A stretch of 64,000 nucleotides of DNA, taken from positions 310,001-374,000 of the forward strand of contig OZ374566.1 of the NCBI GenBank assembly GCA_977862235.1, in the 5' to 3' direction. Positions 1 through 11,244 of the stretch are shown here, piece after piece. The notes below the pieces were generated by a model. That model did no database searches. It was given only the letters and a program-made list of their open reading frames with translations, and was not told the origin of the DNA. Both the position numbers and the translations under genes were made by a program. Every line of letters starts with the position of its first letter. Position 1 is the first letter of the stretch. This DNA comes from Dudresnaya verticillata. Taxonomy: Eukaryota.

Positions 1-478
1 CTTCAGACGAACCCCCATTCGCCATGTCACCGCCATCTGCATCTTCTGGTCGTGCGTTCGTCACGTGCGTGTTGGCCTCCTTCAGCTCCGGCGGGGTGGT
101 GTCGAGAGCAGTAGAGCGGCCATCCTCTGGGATGGAATAGTCGCGTGCGTGATCAACGCGAAGGGTGCGGTTCGGAGCAATCTCGACACCGGTAAAGTTG
201 TCGACAGCCAACACCGCGCTGCGCGGGTCATTGTACATCAAGAAGGCAAAGCCGCGTGACTTCCCTGTTTCCGCGTCTCGCACGAGGTTTACGTGGACGA
301 CTGTGCCGTACTGCTCAAAGATGGCCAGCAGGTCGCCTTCCGTGTAAGCGGTTGGCAGACCGCCGACGTAAATAAACGGACAGGTGGCGTACTCTTGGTG
401 CCATGAGGCCGACGTGCCAGCGATTCCTAGGCCTAATTCTGTTTCGTTGAGCTTGCGGATGGCCTCCACCTTGTTCAT
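1..478 (-). CDS. RBMX2: RNA-binding motif protein X-linked 2 / Ist3-Snu17 (RES complex RRM protein); 3' end runs off the window edge
   Basis: Manual minus-strand translation from ATG at 478 gives MNKVEAIRKLNETELGLGIAGTSASWHQEYATCPFIYVGGLPTAYTEGDLLAIFEQYG...RDAETGKSRGFAFLMYNDPRSAVLAVDNFTG...LRVDH. This has the SWH motif plus RNP2/RNP1 typical of RBMX2/Ist3. It is absent from the ORF track because the stop is outside the window. Confidence 0.93.
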   Translation of the reverse strand, partial: MNKVEAIRKLNETELGLGIAGTSASWHQEYATCPFIYVGGLPTAYTEGDLLAIFEQYGTVVHVNLVRDAETGKSRGFAFLMYNDPRSAVLAVDNFTGVEIAPNRTLRVDHARDYSIPEDGRSTALDTTPPELKEANTHVTNARPEDADGGDMANGGSSE

Positions 479-970
479 TGTGTGGGCCGAGGTATGGGGC
501 GCAACACTGAGAGCGGACTCAGGGCAGAAGCAATAGCACTGACGTTGGTCTCACTTTTGATCCTGCTATTAAGAGAACCAAGGGGTGGGCGGGGATACCG
601 GGTGTTGGGGTTCCGTTTTTTGACTTCCGATTTCGAAACGCGTCGGAGCAAAAAAAGTGCTGGTTTCTCTACGAGTCTTAGTTGCGGATTGCGTCTCCTC
701 GTAGTCTTGCCGTCGTCGGTCGCGAGCATTGCACGAAGTCGTTTCCGGTGTCCGTGCAAGGGAAAATGCTGCTGTGGGATCGGCAAAAACAACGAGAACT
801 TCAGCAAAAGCAATGCTGCACGCTAACCCGCTGACCATACATATACCCCGAAGAGCGCAGTGCGAATTGCAACATTGGCGCCGCGGTAATATACCTCATG
901 ATCCGCACGCATAGCACCTGTTGCATCCAGTGCAATGCGAGATTCAACAAGCGATACAAAAGAATGCTAA

Positions 971-1628
971 TCATGTCGAAGGAGGCGGGTCGCGATGACC
1001 CATCGGGAACAGAGCAGCGGAGACGCTCCTGGACTCCTGGTTGAGCACATTGAAAGTATGGCAAGCGTTTTTTGTATCCAGGACCTCCAGACTAACGCCA
1101 ATATCCTTGAAGAATGCACGCACCAGCGGGGACGCCGGCTGAAACAGACGCACAAAGAAATAACAGTGCGGCAGCAAGTCAGCAAAGTGCTCCCCTCTGT
1201 GCCCGTCGTTACATAAATTGGGAATATGAGCGTTGAGCACGTACCACAAGAACCTCACCAGTGCCAAGCAGGACAATATCTGGCCTGGGGTGCGTGAGCT
1301 TGACAAGCGCAAAGGCGTCAGGAAGCAGGCGGCTCACGCTGGCGACGTTCCACAGCGTGGAGAAGCGCGGCATGACCACGACCGGGCCCGACACGCGCAC
1401 GCCCGAAATGGTGAAGGAAGAAGGCCCCAGCGCGTCGATGGTGGCGCGCGCGTCGCTCTCGCGCCCCAGCGCGGCCGGCGTGAGGTCGACGCCGAGCGCG
1501 TCGAACGGCGACGATGGCGGCGGCGGCCGCGGCGAGGATGGGGGTGGCCCGCGCGCGGACGAGGCGCACGTCCGCCACGCGCACGACTGACGCGCTGGCG
1601 CGAGATGGCGCAGGCGCGCGAGAGACAT
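971..1628 (-). CDS. NDUFAF3: NDUFAF3 / Mth938-domain complex I assembly factor, 2 exons (1628-1245, 1138-971)
   Basis: Mitochondrial-type presequence, then F.I.GVRVSGPVVV...W.V...PRPDIVLLGTG joined to GVSLEVLDTKNACHTFNVLNQESRSVSAAL. Intron 1244-1139 (GTACGT...GCTGAC...CAG) restores the frame. Confidence 0.88.
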
Positions 1629-1996
1629 CGCTGTGGTGTGTGGATCGGGGGTGGGAGTGCGCGAAGGCGGGGGCGGATGGGGAGGGTGGCCGGGCGATGG
1701 CGGTGCCGCGGACCTTCGAGGCTTCGGCGATGCGCCCCCTCGCCGATTGCCATTACAGAAATGTGCTTCAGAGCGGAGCTTGGGCCGGGCCCAGACGCGC
1801 TTACAGAGGTGACGTCACAGGCGAATTGGCCTTCGGAGCTGCCGCGAGCTTCAACGCCAACCCAATCTCCTCGCGAACCGCAACCGAGTGGAAAGCGGGA
1901 CGCGAGCCAGTCTTTCCTGCTCGCCTACAAACGCCGCGGGGGACGGCGCGCACGCCGCCATCGCGAGCCCGACCCGCCACGACCCGTCGCGTCGAA

Positions 1997-3014
1997 ATGT
2001 CTCAGCCCCACGAGCCCGCCGCCGCGCCGCCGCCAGCGCTGCCCACGTTCGCCTGGAGCGACCTGGTCGACGCGACGCCGCTGGCCACGGGCACGACGAC
2101 GCAGATCCAGCGCGCCACGCTGCACGGGCTGGCCGTGGCCGTGAAGACGCTGCGCGCGGGCGCGCGCGGCGCGGCGCAGCGCACGGCCATCGGCGACCTG
2201 CGCAACGAGGCGGGCACCAACGCCGCGCTGCGCCACCCGGACATCGTGCTGTGCGTGGGCGTGGCGCGGATGCCGGCGTCGCCGGCGCCGGCGCTGGTGT
2301 TCGAGCTCGCCACGCGCGGGCGTCTGCGCCCGGCGGCGTTTGGGCGCGCGCGACAGGCCGACGCGCTCGACGTCGCGCTCTGCGTCGCGCGCGCGCTGGC
2401 GTTTGCGCACGCGCTTGGCATCGTGCATCGCGATGTTAAGCCGTCGCAGGTGTTGCTGTTTGAGGGCGGGAAGGCGAAGCTCGGGGATTGGGGGCTCGCC
2501 AGGCGCTACGTGGAGGGGGATTGCTGCACGGGCGAGACGGGCACGTGGGAGTATGTATGTTGGTGCGGCGCTTGCGCGACGCGGGAACGGGCGGCGTTGT
2601 GGGGCTGTTTTGCTGACTTTGATTAATGTGTATGTGGGTGCTTGCGAATGCGCGCGCGCGGCGAGGCAGATGGCGCCAGAGGTGATCCGCAGCGAGAGGT
2701 ATTGCGAGAAGGCTGACGTGTATTCGTTTGCGCTGCTGCTGCACGGCTTGGTGGCCGGCGTGGAGTACCCGTATGAGGCGGAGTTTCTGACGCCGGCGCA
2801 GGCAGCCATGGGGGTTGCGCGGAAGGGGCTGCGGCCCAAGTTGCCGTCGGGTGTGGAAGAGCGCGTGGCGGACGTGGTGCGGATGTGCTGGAGCGATGCG
2901 GCGGATGAACGGCCGGATATGGTGCAGGTGGTGGATCTGGTGCGAAAGGCGCGGGAAGAAATGAACAAGAGCGAGCACTCTGGAGGCGGGCTTTATGCGT
3001 GGCTGTGGGGCTAG
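1997..3014 (+). CDS. Tyrosine-kinase-like (TKL) protein kinase, 2 exons (1997-2554, 2670-3014)
   Basis: Motifs VAVK, HPDIV, HRDVKPSQ, DWGLAR, GETGTWEY|MAPEV, KADVYSF and CW..RP. Intron 2555-2669 (GTATGT...GCTGAC...CAG) joins WEY to MAPE. Confidence 0.9.
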
Positions 3015-3699
3015 CGTCGTTCTTCTGAGATCGGTAACGGATATTCTCGGCAACGACCACGCATCAAACGCTTGAGCGGGGCCGCCGCGCATCGCTTTGG
3101 CGGGAGTTGTCGTTGGGAAAGCGGAGCATGGCCTGGGGGTGCGCAAAGCTGTGGAAGGGGTGGCAAAACAAGCGCTTCGTGACGAATACGGGTGCACAGA
3201 CGGATGCGCGAGGCCATCGTGTTGGCGACGCAACGGTATACAGTGCGGCCGGCCCTTCCGAGGTTGCAGCCCGCCCTTCACTGGTGCCACGTGTTAGACG
3301 CATGAGGCCCATCATTTCCAACGCGATCCAACGCGAGCGCCGAGCAAGTGATCAACGCACCTCTACAGCCAATCACAGCCGCGCACCTCAAGGTAGGCCA
3401 ATGGTCTGCCGTGTGTTACACAGCCGGCCGACCGCTCAGCGGCTTCGCTCTGCGTCGCGTATGTATAGACCGCCCCGCGCCGCCAGCACCGTCCCGAACG
3501 AAGTCTGCTATTCCGCACATCGCCAGTCATCGTCACCGTCACGGTCCACCCCTCTCCACCCTTTACGTTTACCGCCCCTTCCCAACAGACACACGCTCCC
3601 CATTCCGCCCGGCCCCTCCCATCCACCCTGGCGTCCCACGTCACCGCCCCGTCGTCCCCGCCGCGCCGCCGCCCTCCGCCGCCACACCGCCCACGCGCC

Positions 3700-4830
3700 A
3701 TGCAACCGCTCCCGCAGCCCGGCAAGCCGTACCCGGCGCTGCGCCCGCCCACGCGCCCAGCCTCTTCCAACTTGCTCCTGCTCCTGTGCATCCTCTTCAT
3801 CTTCTGGGAGCACTTCTGGCCCCAGCTCCCGGAGCCCCTGACACCGCCTGCGCCGCCCGCGCCGCCCGCTGCCGTCGCCCGGCCGCACCCCGTATCCGCG
3901 CCCGCCGAAGAGGCGCGTGCCGCCCGGGAACAGCCGCCGCCGGACCCGTTCGCCGCCGCGCGCGCAGCGCGGCGCGCCCGCCCGCTTCCGTCGTGCGCCG
4001 CGTCCGGCAAGCGCGCCGGGTCGTTCCTGCTGCTGTTCATGGGTCATTCCGGCTCGTCGGCGATCTTGTCCGAGCTGCGCGCGCATTCCCAGGTGTATAT
4101 GGAGATCGGAGAGCTCGTGGACCATCAGGAGACGTTCAACACGACCGAGGCGTTGGAGACTACCCGCGCCTTCTTCCGCCGCGGCCGCGGAAAGGCGCTC
4201 ACGCCGGGCTTCAAGATCAGACCCATGCACATCCTCGGTGATCCAAGCGCGTGGCGCGCGCTGGCCGCCGAGTTTGACACGCGAATTCTGTGGCAGTACC
4301 GGAAGAACATCTTCAAGGCGACTATCGGAGAATACTCGTACCACGTGCTGAACGACACTAGCGTCGTGGAGGGCTTCCGACAGAATGTGACCAAGGAGGA
4401 ACGGTGTCGCACTGGCGCTGGGTGCTCCTACAGAGTTGAGGATTTCAAGTTTGTTCACGAGACGCTCAAGAAGAAGCTACGCAGCCAGAACGCGATCACA
4501 GAGGCGGTGCACGCGCTCACGGCGGATAGCGGTTGCATGCGTGAAGTGCCGTACGAGGACTATTTATACGAGCGCGAGGCAACGATGGCGGACGTGCAGA
4601 GGTTTCTTGGGTTTAAGGCGGAGAAGACGCTGCCCGGGCGATTTAAGGCTACAGGCGATAGCATGTGCGATGTGGTGAAGAACTGGGACGAGCTGTGCGG
4701 CAAATTTTATGGGTGTCTGGCGTGGCAGCATATGATGGACGACGCGAGGAACAAGTGCTTCTGCAGCACGGCGCCTGGGCCGACAAGGTATTGTGACTCG
4801 ACAGACCCTTTCAAGCAGGGCGAGCGGTAG
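3700..4830 (+). CDS. Type II membrane sulfotransferase-like protein (Stf0/PAPS-dependent fold)
   Basis: N-terminal TM helix (LLLLLCILFIFW), Pro/Ala stem, 5'-PSB-like FLLLFMGHSGSSAILSEL, GFKI, 3'-PB-like ILWQYRKNIFK, VPYEDY and C-terminal NWDEL. Confidence 0.7.
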   Translation: MQPLPQPGKPYPALRPPTRPASSNLLLLLCILFIFWEHFWPQLPEPLTPPAPPAPPAAVARPHPVSAPAEEARAAREQPPPDPFAAARAARRARPLPSCAASGKRAGSFLLLFMGHSGSSAILSELRAHSQVYMEIGELVDHQETFNTTEALETTRAFFRRGRGKALTPGFKIRPMHILGDPSAWRALAAEFDTRILWQYRKNIFKATIGEYSYHVLNDTSVVEGFRQNVTKEERCRTGAGCSYRVEDFKFVHETLKKKLRSQNAITEAVHALTADSGCMREVPYEDYLYEREATMADVQRFLGFKAEKTLPGRFKATGDSMCDVVKNWDELCGKFYGCLAWQHMMDDARNKCFCSTAPGPTRYCDSTDPFKQGER

Positions 4831-5946
4831 AGCTGCGTTGCGAGCAATGGTGCGATTGCCACTGTGTTGCTCTGCAGCTGTGTTTAGTAGTGTGGCACGG
4901 GATTTTGATTAAGGAGACAACGGATGGCTTTAGACGGAGCCGCAAGACGTCAGTGAGAGACCGGGCATGTTGAGGGGGTGAGGGTGATCGCAAGATGCGG
5001 CGGCGATTGCACTTTGTGTAGATGGTGGGGATGCTCCGCTCAGCACGACTGCAGTGGCTGCATGGGTATCTTATGTGAACAGCATATGGGCGGGGGTTCG
5101 AGGCATGCGACACGCGCGGCGGACGCGTGAGACCAAGGCTACGAAGCGGACCGATACGCAAGGGGCTACTCTGCATGGTGCGGTGCAGTTTCCGCATTAG
5201 GCGATGCACACGTGGGGTGGGTGTACCGACGCCGACGGCAGCGGGCGCTGCACCGCGTCTGTGGTGGAATAAGTTGTATAAACAAAAGCGCTCTTCTCTC
5301 TGTACCTCGTACGGGTAGCGTCATGGCCTTCGCCTTGCGCATGGTTCAAACGAACAACAAGCTGCCTCTGCAGAGCGACGAAAACACAAGTGTTGCAGAA
5401 AAAGGGCGGAGGGGGTCGTTGGCCCAAGGCGCGGGACGGGACTGCTTGTCGGCTACCGGCTACCGGCGGAAAATAGACTGTAAGCATAGAATGCATTACA
5501 GCAATAGTGGCAACACCTGGCGCGCAACCATTGGCGACAGCGTCGGAAAGACGGAAGCCCAACACGTCAGCTCTAAGCTGGCCGCCATCCGCAACATGTT
5601 ATGATTCACCTGCCCTTACCGCCGCCCCACGCGGCCACCGCTCTGTCAGGCGCGTCCGCGGCCCGTTGCGGCCCACCTCCATGCCCGGCCGGCTACAGCG
5701 TGTAGCGTGTTGCTGTAGATGTGCCGCGCCAGCAAAACCTACCCCTACACCCACCCGCCGTCCCTTGTCCCTTCCGTCCACCCCCCGCCAGTCAACATCC
5801 TCCCCCCCTGCCACCACCACCCCACCCTCTTCCCCTCGCGCCGCCCCACCACCCGTCGCCTCGCCACACCCCGCCACACCCCCGCCCCGCCCCGCCCCAT
5901 CCCCGTCCGTTGTACCCGCGCACGCGCGCACGCACACTCACTCACC

Positions 5947-6864
5947 ATGAGCATGAAGAACATGGCCGTCATGTTCGGCGCCATGGCGCTGCTGCGCCGC
6001 ATCGACCAGGAGGAGCCGCAGGTCGTGCAGTACGCACGCATGGCCTACATGGGCTACGTCGTCGTCGTCACCACCGTGTATCTCCTGCTGCACCTGCGCA
6101 TCACGCGGCGCCGCGACACCACGCTCATCACTGTCCCCGTCGCGCGCAAGCCGCGATCGCTGACCGACGCGCTGGCGTCTGCGAAGGGCGACGCCGCGGA
6201 GGAGGAGAAGGAGGAGGGAGGGGACGACGGCGCAGAGGGAGACGGGGCGAAGGACGCGGCGAAGAAGGGCCCGGGGAAGAAGGACGGGAAGCGCGCGAAG
6301 AAGGACGGTGGGAAGAAGAAGAAAGAGGGCGGGGAGAAGGCTGACGATGGAGGCGACAATGCAGAAGCGGAGAAGGCCGAGGACGACTCCCCCAAGGAGG
6401 AGGTCATCACCGTCATGGAGTACGACCTGCGGCACCTGGCCACCATGCGCAAGAGCTGGCTCACCAACGCGTGTCTGCTGACGGCCATTCACTACAAGAT
6501 GGAGTCGGTCAGCCCGCTGGTCATGTCGTCGCTCAACGGGCTGGTGCGCCTGCTCACGGACGACCCGCTGGTGCAGCTGCATCTGCGCGGCGCGCCGGCT
6601 GTCGGGCCGCTCAAGCGCCCGTTCACGCCGGAGAAGAGCCCGCTCTCCACCTTGCTCAAGGAGATGGTGCCCAAGCCGGAGGAGAAGGAGGACGACTCTG
6701 CAGAGCCCGCCGAGGACCTGCATGATGATGGCGATTCGGACGACGAATATGGCCCCGCCCCGACTATTGACGACCTCAAGGATGATCATATCAAGGGCGA
6801 TTTTGATGAGGACGACGACAAGGGGGGCGAGGCAACGGATGCAGTGACGAAAAAGTCGCAGTGA
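5947..6864 (+). CDS. PHO88: PHO88/SND3 family ER membrane protein
   Basis: Motifs RRID..P..V..R..Y, T.MEYD, HYK...PLV...DPLVQLHLRGAPAVGPLKRPF typical of Pho88, plus a charged low-complexity insert. Confidence 0.8.
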   Translation: MSMKNMAVMFGAMALLRRIDQEEPQVVQYARMAYMGYVVVVTTVYLLLHLRITRRRDTTLITVPVARKPRSLTDALASAKGDAAEEEKEEGGDDGAEGDGAKDAAKKGPGKKDGKRAKKDGGKKKKEGGEKADDGGDNAEAEKAEDDSPKEEVITVMEYDLRHLATMRKSWLTNACLLTAIHYKMESVSPLVMSSLNGLVRLLTDDPLVQLHLRGAPAVGPLKRPFTPEKSPLSTLLKEMVPKPEEKEDDSAEPAEDLHDDGDSDDEYGPAPTIDDLKDDHIKGDFDEDDDKGGEATDAVTKKSQ

Positions 6865-7120
6865 CCCGGGCGGGGTGTGTACACTACTTTCGAGTCTGTT
6901 ATGCTAATCTACACCATTAAACTACTATCCCCTCCCCTAGCGTCGCGGCCACTAGGCCAAGTTCCGTTCTCGTATAGCGTGTGTTTAACAACTCGTAGCA
7001 GTCAATAGTTAGAGAAAGGAGGTCAAGAGGCGGAATGATAACCCGCGTGGAGCGAAAAGCGGAACGGGCAATGCAAAGCCAAACCTCCTCAAAACTGTGT
7101 CTCGCAACCACAACAAACCG

Positions 7121-8380
7121 CTATCGCCGTGTGACGCGCCTCTTCATCGTCCCCTGTGCAGACATACTCGACACCACAGCCGCCTGCGGCTGTTTCGGCA
7201 CCGCGTCACGAGCAGCACTCGGCTTCGCACCACCAGTACCACTGTCTCCGCCTCGCGGCCCACGGCGCACCTTCGACCCCGCGGGATACGACATTGCAGA
7301 AACAGGCGTCGCGTCCGGCGTGGGTGCTGTAGTCGCGTGGCGAAGTGACGGCTGCGCCCGTGCCCGGGCTCCATCGGCACGCATCACAGCTTCGAACGAG
7401 CCTTCCGCTGCCGCGCCCGCTTTGCCTTTCGCCCTGCCCGTACCTGCAGCAGGCTTCTCCGTCGCAAACAAACTCCCAGCAGTTCCCTTGCTCCCTGCAC
7501 TGCCATTGTCAGCAGCTTTCGCCTCACCGCCCCTCGGTGAATGCATCGCAGCCTCGAACGATCCCTCAACCGCCTTACTCCTGCGCTTCGCCACCTGCGG
7601 TTTTGCCAACGACCCTGCACCCCGCGCCGGTGCCGGTTCGGCACCCGCACCCAACCGTATTGCAACGGAAAACGAACCATCGTCCGCGACCGTGCTGCGA
7701 GTCTTCGCCGGCCTCGCCGCAGCAGCTGCCTCGCCTCTCATCACCGCTGCTAATGACCGGTCTTCCGCAGCGCTTCCTTCCTCGCGCGTCCTCTCCTCAC
7801 GCATGACAGGACCCTCCTGCGACGCGCCTGGGCGCTCGCCCCGCATGACGGCTTCGAACGACCCCTCAGCAGCGCGCGGCTTGCGCGGCGGGCGCGCCCG
7901 GGGCTCCCGGCGCTCGCGGACGGGGTCCGAGGCGCGGGCAGGCGCGGGCTCGACCACGGCCGGCGGCGGCGGCTCAAGCGCGAGCGGCGGCGCGGCAACG
8001 CTGGGCAGCACCTGCGAGCCGTGGCCGCTGCTGCTGCTCTGCGACACCGGGCGTCCGCGGGCGTCGGTCGACGCGGACGAGGCGGAGCTGTGGTCCGGGT
8101 CGCCCGACGGGACGTTCTGCGTGCGCGACCATGCGCCCACGCAACCGTTCTGCTCGGCGGGGGTTGGGGCGTCGGACTGCGGCTCCGCCGGCGCGTTGGA
8201 CGTGCGCGCAGTGCCCCACCAGGTGTCCGCGCCAGAGGAGGTGGTGCCGTTGTTCCGGTCGGCCATCATGTCGGATGAACCCTCCACGGGCTGTATCATC
8301 TCATTGCGCTGCTTGTTCTTCTGCATCTCTATCTTTGCTACCTTGGCGGCCTTCACGGCGCCAAGGAAGATGAAAACCAT
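7121..8380 (-). CDS. Hypothetical low-complexity protein with repeated EGSFEA.M motif
   Basis: 419-aa ATG-started ORF with about 5 recurring (E/D)GSF(E/S)A(V/A)MR-like segments separated by disordered Ala/Pro/Arg linkers. Confidence 0.55.
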   Translation of the reverse strand: MVFIFLGAVKAAKVAKIEMQKNKQRNEMIQPVEGSSDMMADRNNGTTSSGADTWWGTARTSNAPAEPQSDAPTPAEQNGCVGAWSRTQNVPSGDPDHSSASSASTDARGRPVSQSSSSGHGSQVLPSVAAPPLALEPPPPAVVEPAPARASDPVRERREPRARPPRKPRAAEGSFEAVMRGERPGASQEGPVMREERTREEGSAAEDRSLAAVMRGEAAAAARPAKTRSTVADDGSFSVAIRLGAGAEPAPARGAGSLAKPQVAKRRSKAVEGSFEAAMHSPRGGEAKAADNGSAGSKGTAGSLFATEKPAAGTGRAKGKAGAAAEGSFEAVMRADGARARAQPSLRHATTAPTPDATPVSAMSYPAGSKVRRGPRGGDSGTGGAKPSAARDAVPKQPQAAVVSSMSAQGTMKRRVTRR

Positions 8381-11244
8381 CTTGGCGACGGTGGCGGATG
8401 TTGTGCTAGCTGCGCAGCGGGCTGCGGATGACGATTTGGAGTAGCAGTTGTCTGTGCTTTCGTATCGCTGGACCGAGACCGCTCTTCCGCAAGGACGCGT
8501 CGAAGGGCGTTGTCGTTTGTAAGAACAGGTTGGGATGGGAAGAAGTCACGATGAACATGGGACTTATGACACAATCCTTTCGAGGGGACGGAACGAAATG
8601 GGCCCGTCTATACGCTCCGCGCAAATGGAGATAAGATGCGGAGCGCGCGAGAATTCGGTGGTGATTCCACACGGAGTCGAAATGGATGATTGGCACAGAA
8701 TGGGTGCAGAATGGAATGGGACTGAGAAGAAAATGCAGCTTTTTCGATCTTATTTTGAGTGTTTTGTTATGTCGACCAGTGAATGGGCGCAGTCGGCCCC
8801 TCCTGACATCACAACCATCCACAGCCTGACGCGGACCTTAACTAAAAAAAGCTGTCTCCATCCAGGACTGGCACCACTGATGCAACCCTTGAGAGCAGCA
8901 ACGCAGCATTTGACTCAGTTCCCCGCCGCTTCGGATCCACCTGGCGGAACCCACGTCACCTGCAGCTTTCACCGCCTTTCTTTCGCGGCGCTTGTACATT
9001 CTGCGTTGGTGAAATCATTCCCAAAGAACGCCAAAGACTCTTGTTGGTGCAACGCCTCGACTCATTTGCCCGAGAACCATTCTTGCTTACACTTTGCTCG
9101 CCACACGGGCCACGCCCGGGTCATGCCAGCTGGGCGCTGCTTCCAACAACGGCAAAACCAAACCGCCTCGCTGACCTATTGTATCGAAACGACGCCGAAA
9201 AGACACTGGGATTCCACACGCTAATGTGGATGTATCGGCATAACATGCGTTGTACTAGTCAAGAGGCACCGGCCATATTGTTCTTGCCCGAGTAGTTCGC
9301 CTCTCCCGTTACTCTCTGTGACCACTCGCACACACAAGCACATACCACAGCTTGCAAACACGGACCACACGACCCGTGTGCAGACCAGATCAAAGGCGCG
9401 CGTCTACAGCAAGCGAGAAGCGCCATGAAGCTTCTCGCGCTGGGCTCTTACGACACAGAATTCTGTAGTCCTTCGACCGCCAAGATGATGCACTTGATTT
9501 ATTTTGGCGAAGTAGTTCGTCCATGGCTGCCAACACGCACCCTGACGCCCAGTCCGAGCTGATCGTCTGCTCCGGCCCGGATTTTCTTCGCATCTGCCCT
9601 ACACTCTTCCGCAATATGTACCAGGATGCTGGGCTCGAGTTATTTGAAGGACTCCGCCAGAGGCCTCGGCAACAGCCCTGGCCGCCTGCGTAGAGACAGC
9701 TGCGGCCCAGCACTTTCTCCCCATAAGAAAAAAAATTGCTGTCGATATTGTTCAACTCGCAGGGAGAAACCAGTCAAGCGCGAGTTGTAAGACAAGAGAC
9801 TTCAAGTGCTGATTGCGAATCTTGGATGAGAACTTGGTCTTGACGTTGCGGGATCAAGTATTTCCCGGCAAGTCGTGCGGAACACACGTCGTATGCGGGT
9901 ACTAGCGAGGAATTGAAGGTCCAAATGGTCTATGAGGTTGCAAAGCAGGCCATGTTTGTCAAGGAGAGGGAGCCTTCTTCTCTCTAGATTAGCCAAAGGC
10001 CTAGGTAAATGGCGAAAGCTTTGGTGATGCGTACGCGGTCGAATCGGCGGCGCAGGCGCTGCATGTTTGTATGTACCTCGAGTGCGGCGCAGCGTCGAGG
10101 ACAAGAGGATTTGTCCCCCGTGGATACGGGAAAAGAACGATGCTTATCGCAGATTTTTGAGTACGTGCTAACCGAAGATGCCTATACAGGGACGGAGACA
10201 GCACGTGCTGTGGGCGGCCTCAGAGGGAACATCCTGCAACGCTCCCTAGCTTGGCTTCCACAGGAGCGGTGTAACCTCAGTGCGTGCTCAACAGACACGG
10301 GAGTGGGCGGAGAGAGGTGATGATGCAGCTCGATCCCTACGGAGTTTTGTTCAGGGTATCTCGCTGTGGGGTGCGCTGCGTTCCGAAGAGAAATTGGGTC
10401 GCGATACTTGCAGTCTATTGCACTGGTTGCTTTTCTCTAATGTGTGAATCAGTCTAGAATGCTTCTCACAGACGACTTTCCTTATCATTTGCTTCTCAAA
10501 CCAAGCACTTCTTGACGTATGCTCTCTTTAGCTCCTGCATCATGACTTTCTGCAACGCTGAGTCCTTGTCGTTTGCGGAATCTCAATTGTGCTTCCAGGC
10601 ATAGGAGCGGTAACCTACTTGCGAGTCGTTTGCGGCCGAGTTGTCTCATTATACTAATAACATCTTTCCCATGCGCAAAGCTAGCTGCTCTGCAATCTGC
10701 TCCGCGCATCCACTGGTTCTGGCATAACGAAGTTGCGCCAAATTCATCACCCGAGCGCTGAACGTTTTAGTCGGCAGCTCGCTGGACGCTTTCCCGATTC
10801 AGGCCATTCAACTCCCGGAAATCTGCAAACACAGACAAAAAACCTCGACATCGCGGTGCCAACCCCGAATGCGAAGAGTAGAAGGTCCAGCCCTTTCCTG
10901 GCGATCTTCATTTTCTTCAATTTTTGGCCAGATTTTTGCCTGCAACAACGACAGACCAGGCCGACCTTGACAGCTCGGACCTTGTCGGTAGGCCACGAAG
11001 GCTGTGTCCTGTTTCTAGGATCAAGCTCTTTCCGCCCATGTGTTTTCTTCCTCGACAACGTTCGAAACCAGAAAACTCCCCAATTATCTCTCCTTAGGCA
11101 AGTTCACTCGACGTCTCCGTGGACGCCCTCAGCTTCGACAAGCGAACGTAATCAAGTTTCGCGGGGGGACCTGTCAACTGCTTGGGGCGCGACCAGATAG
11201 CCATTACCTCGCAGTAGAGTAAGAACAAAAAGCGCAACCTCAAG

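Noticed and set aside
1514..1996. Upstream extension of the kinase ORF
   Set aside because: It overlaps NDUFAF3 exon 1 and the shared promoter. The ATG at 1997 immediately precedes the kinase domain.
7035..8444. 469-aa plus-strand ORF
   Set aside because: It is the mirror of the minus-strand ORF at 7121-8380, which has an ATG start and the coherent repeated motif.
8535..9224. 229-aa plus-strand ORF
   Set aside because: It has no recognisable motif and no supporting gene structure.
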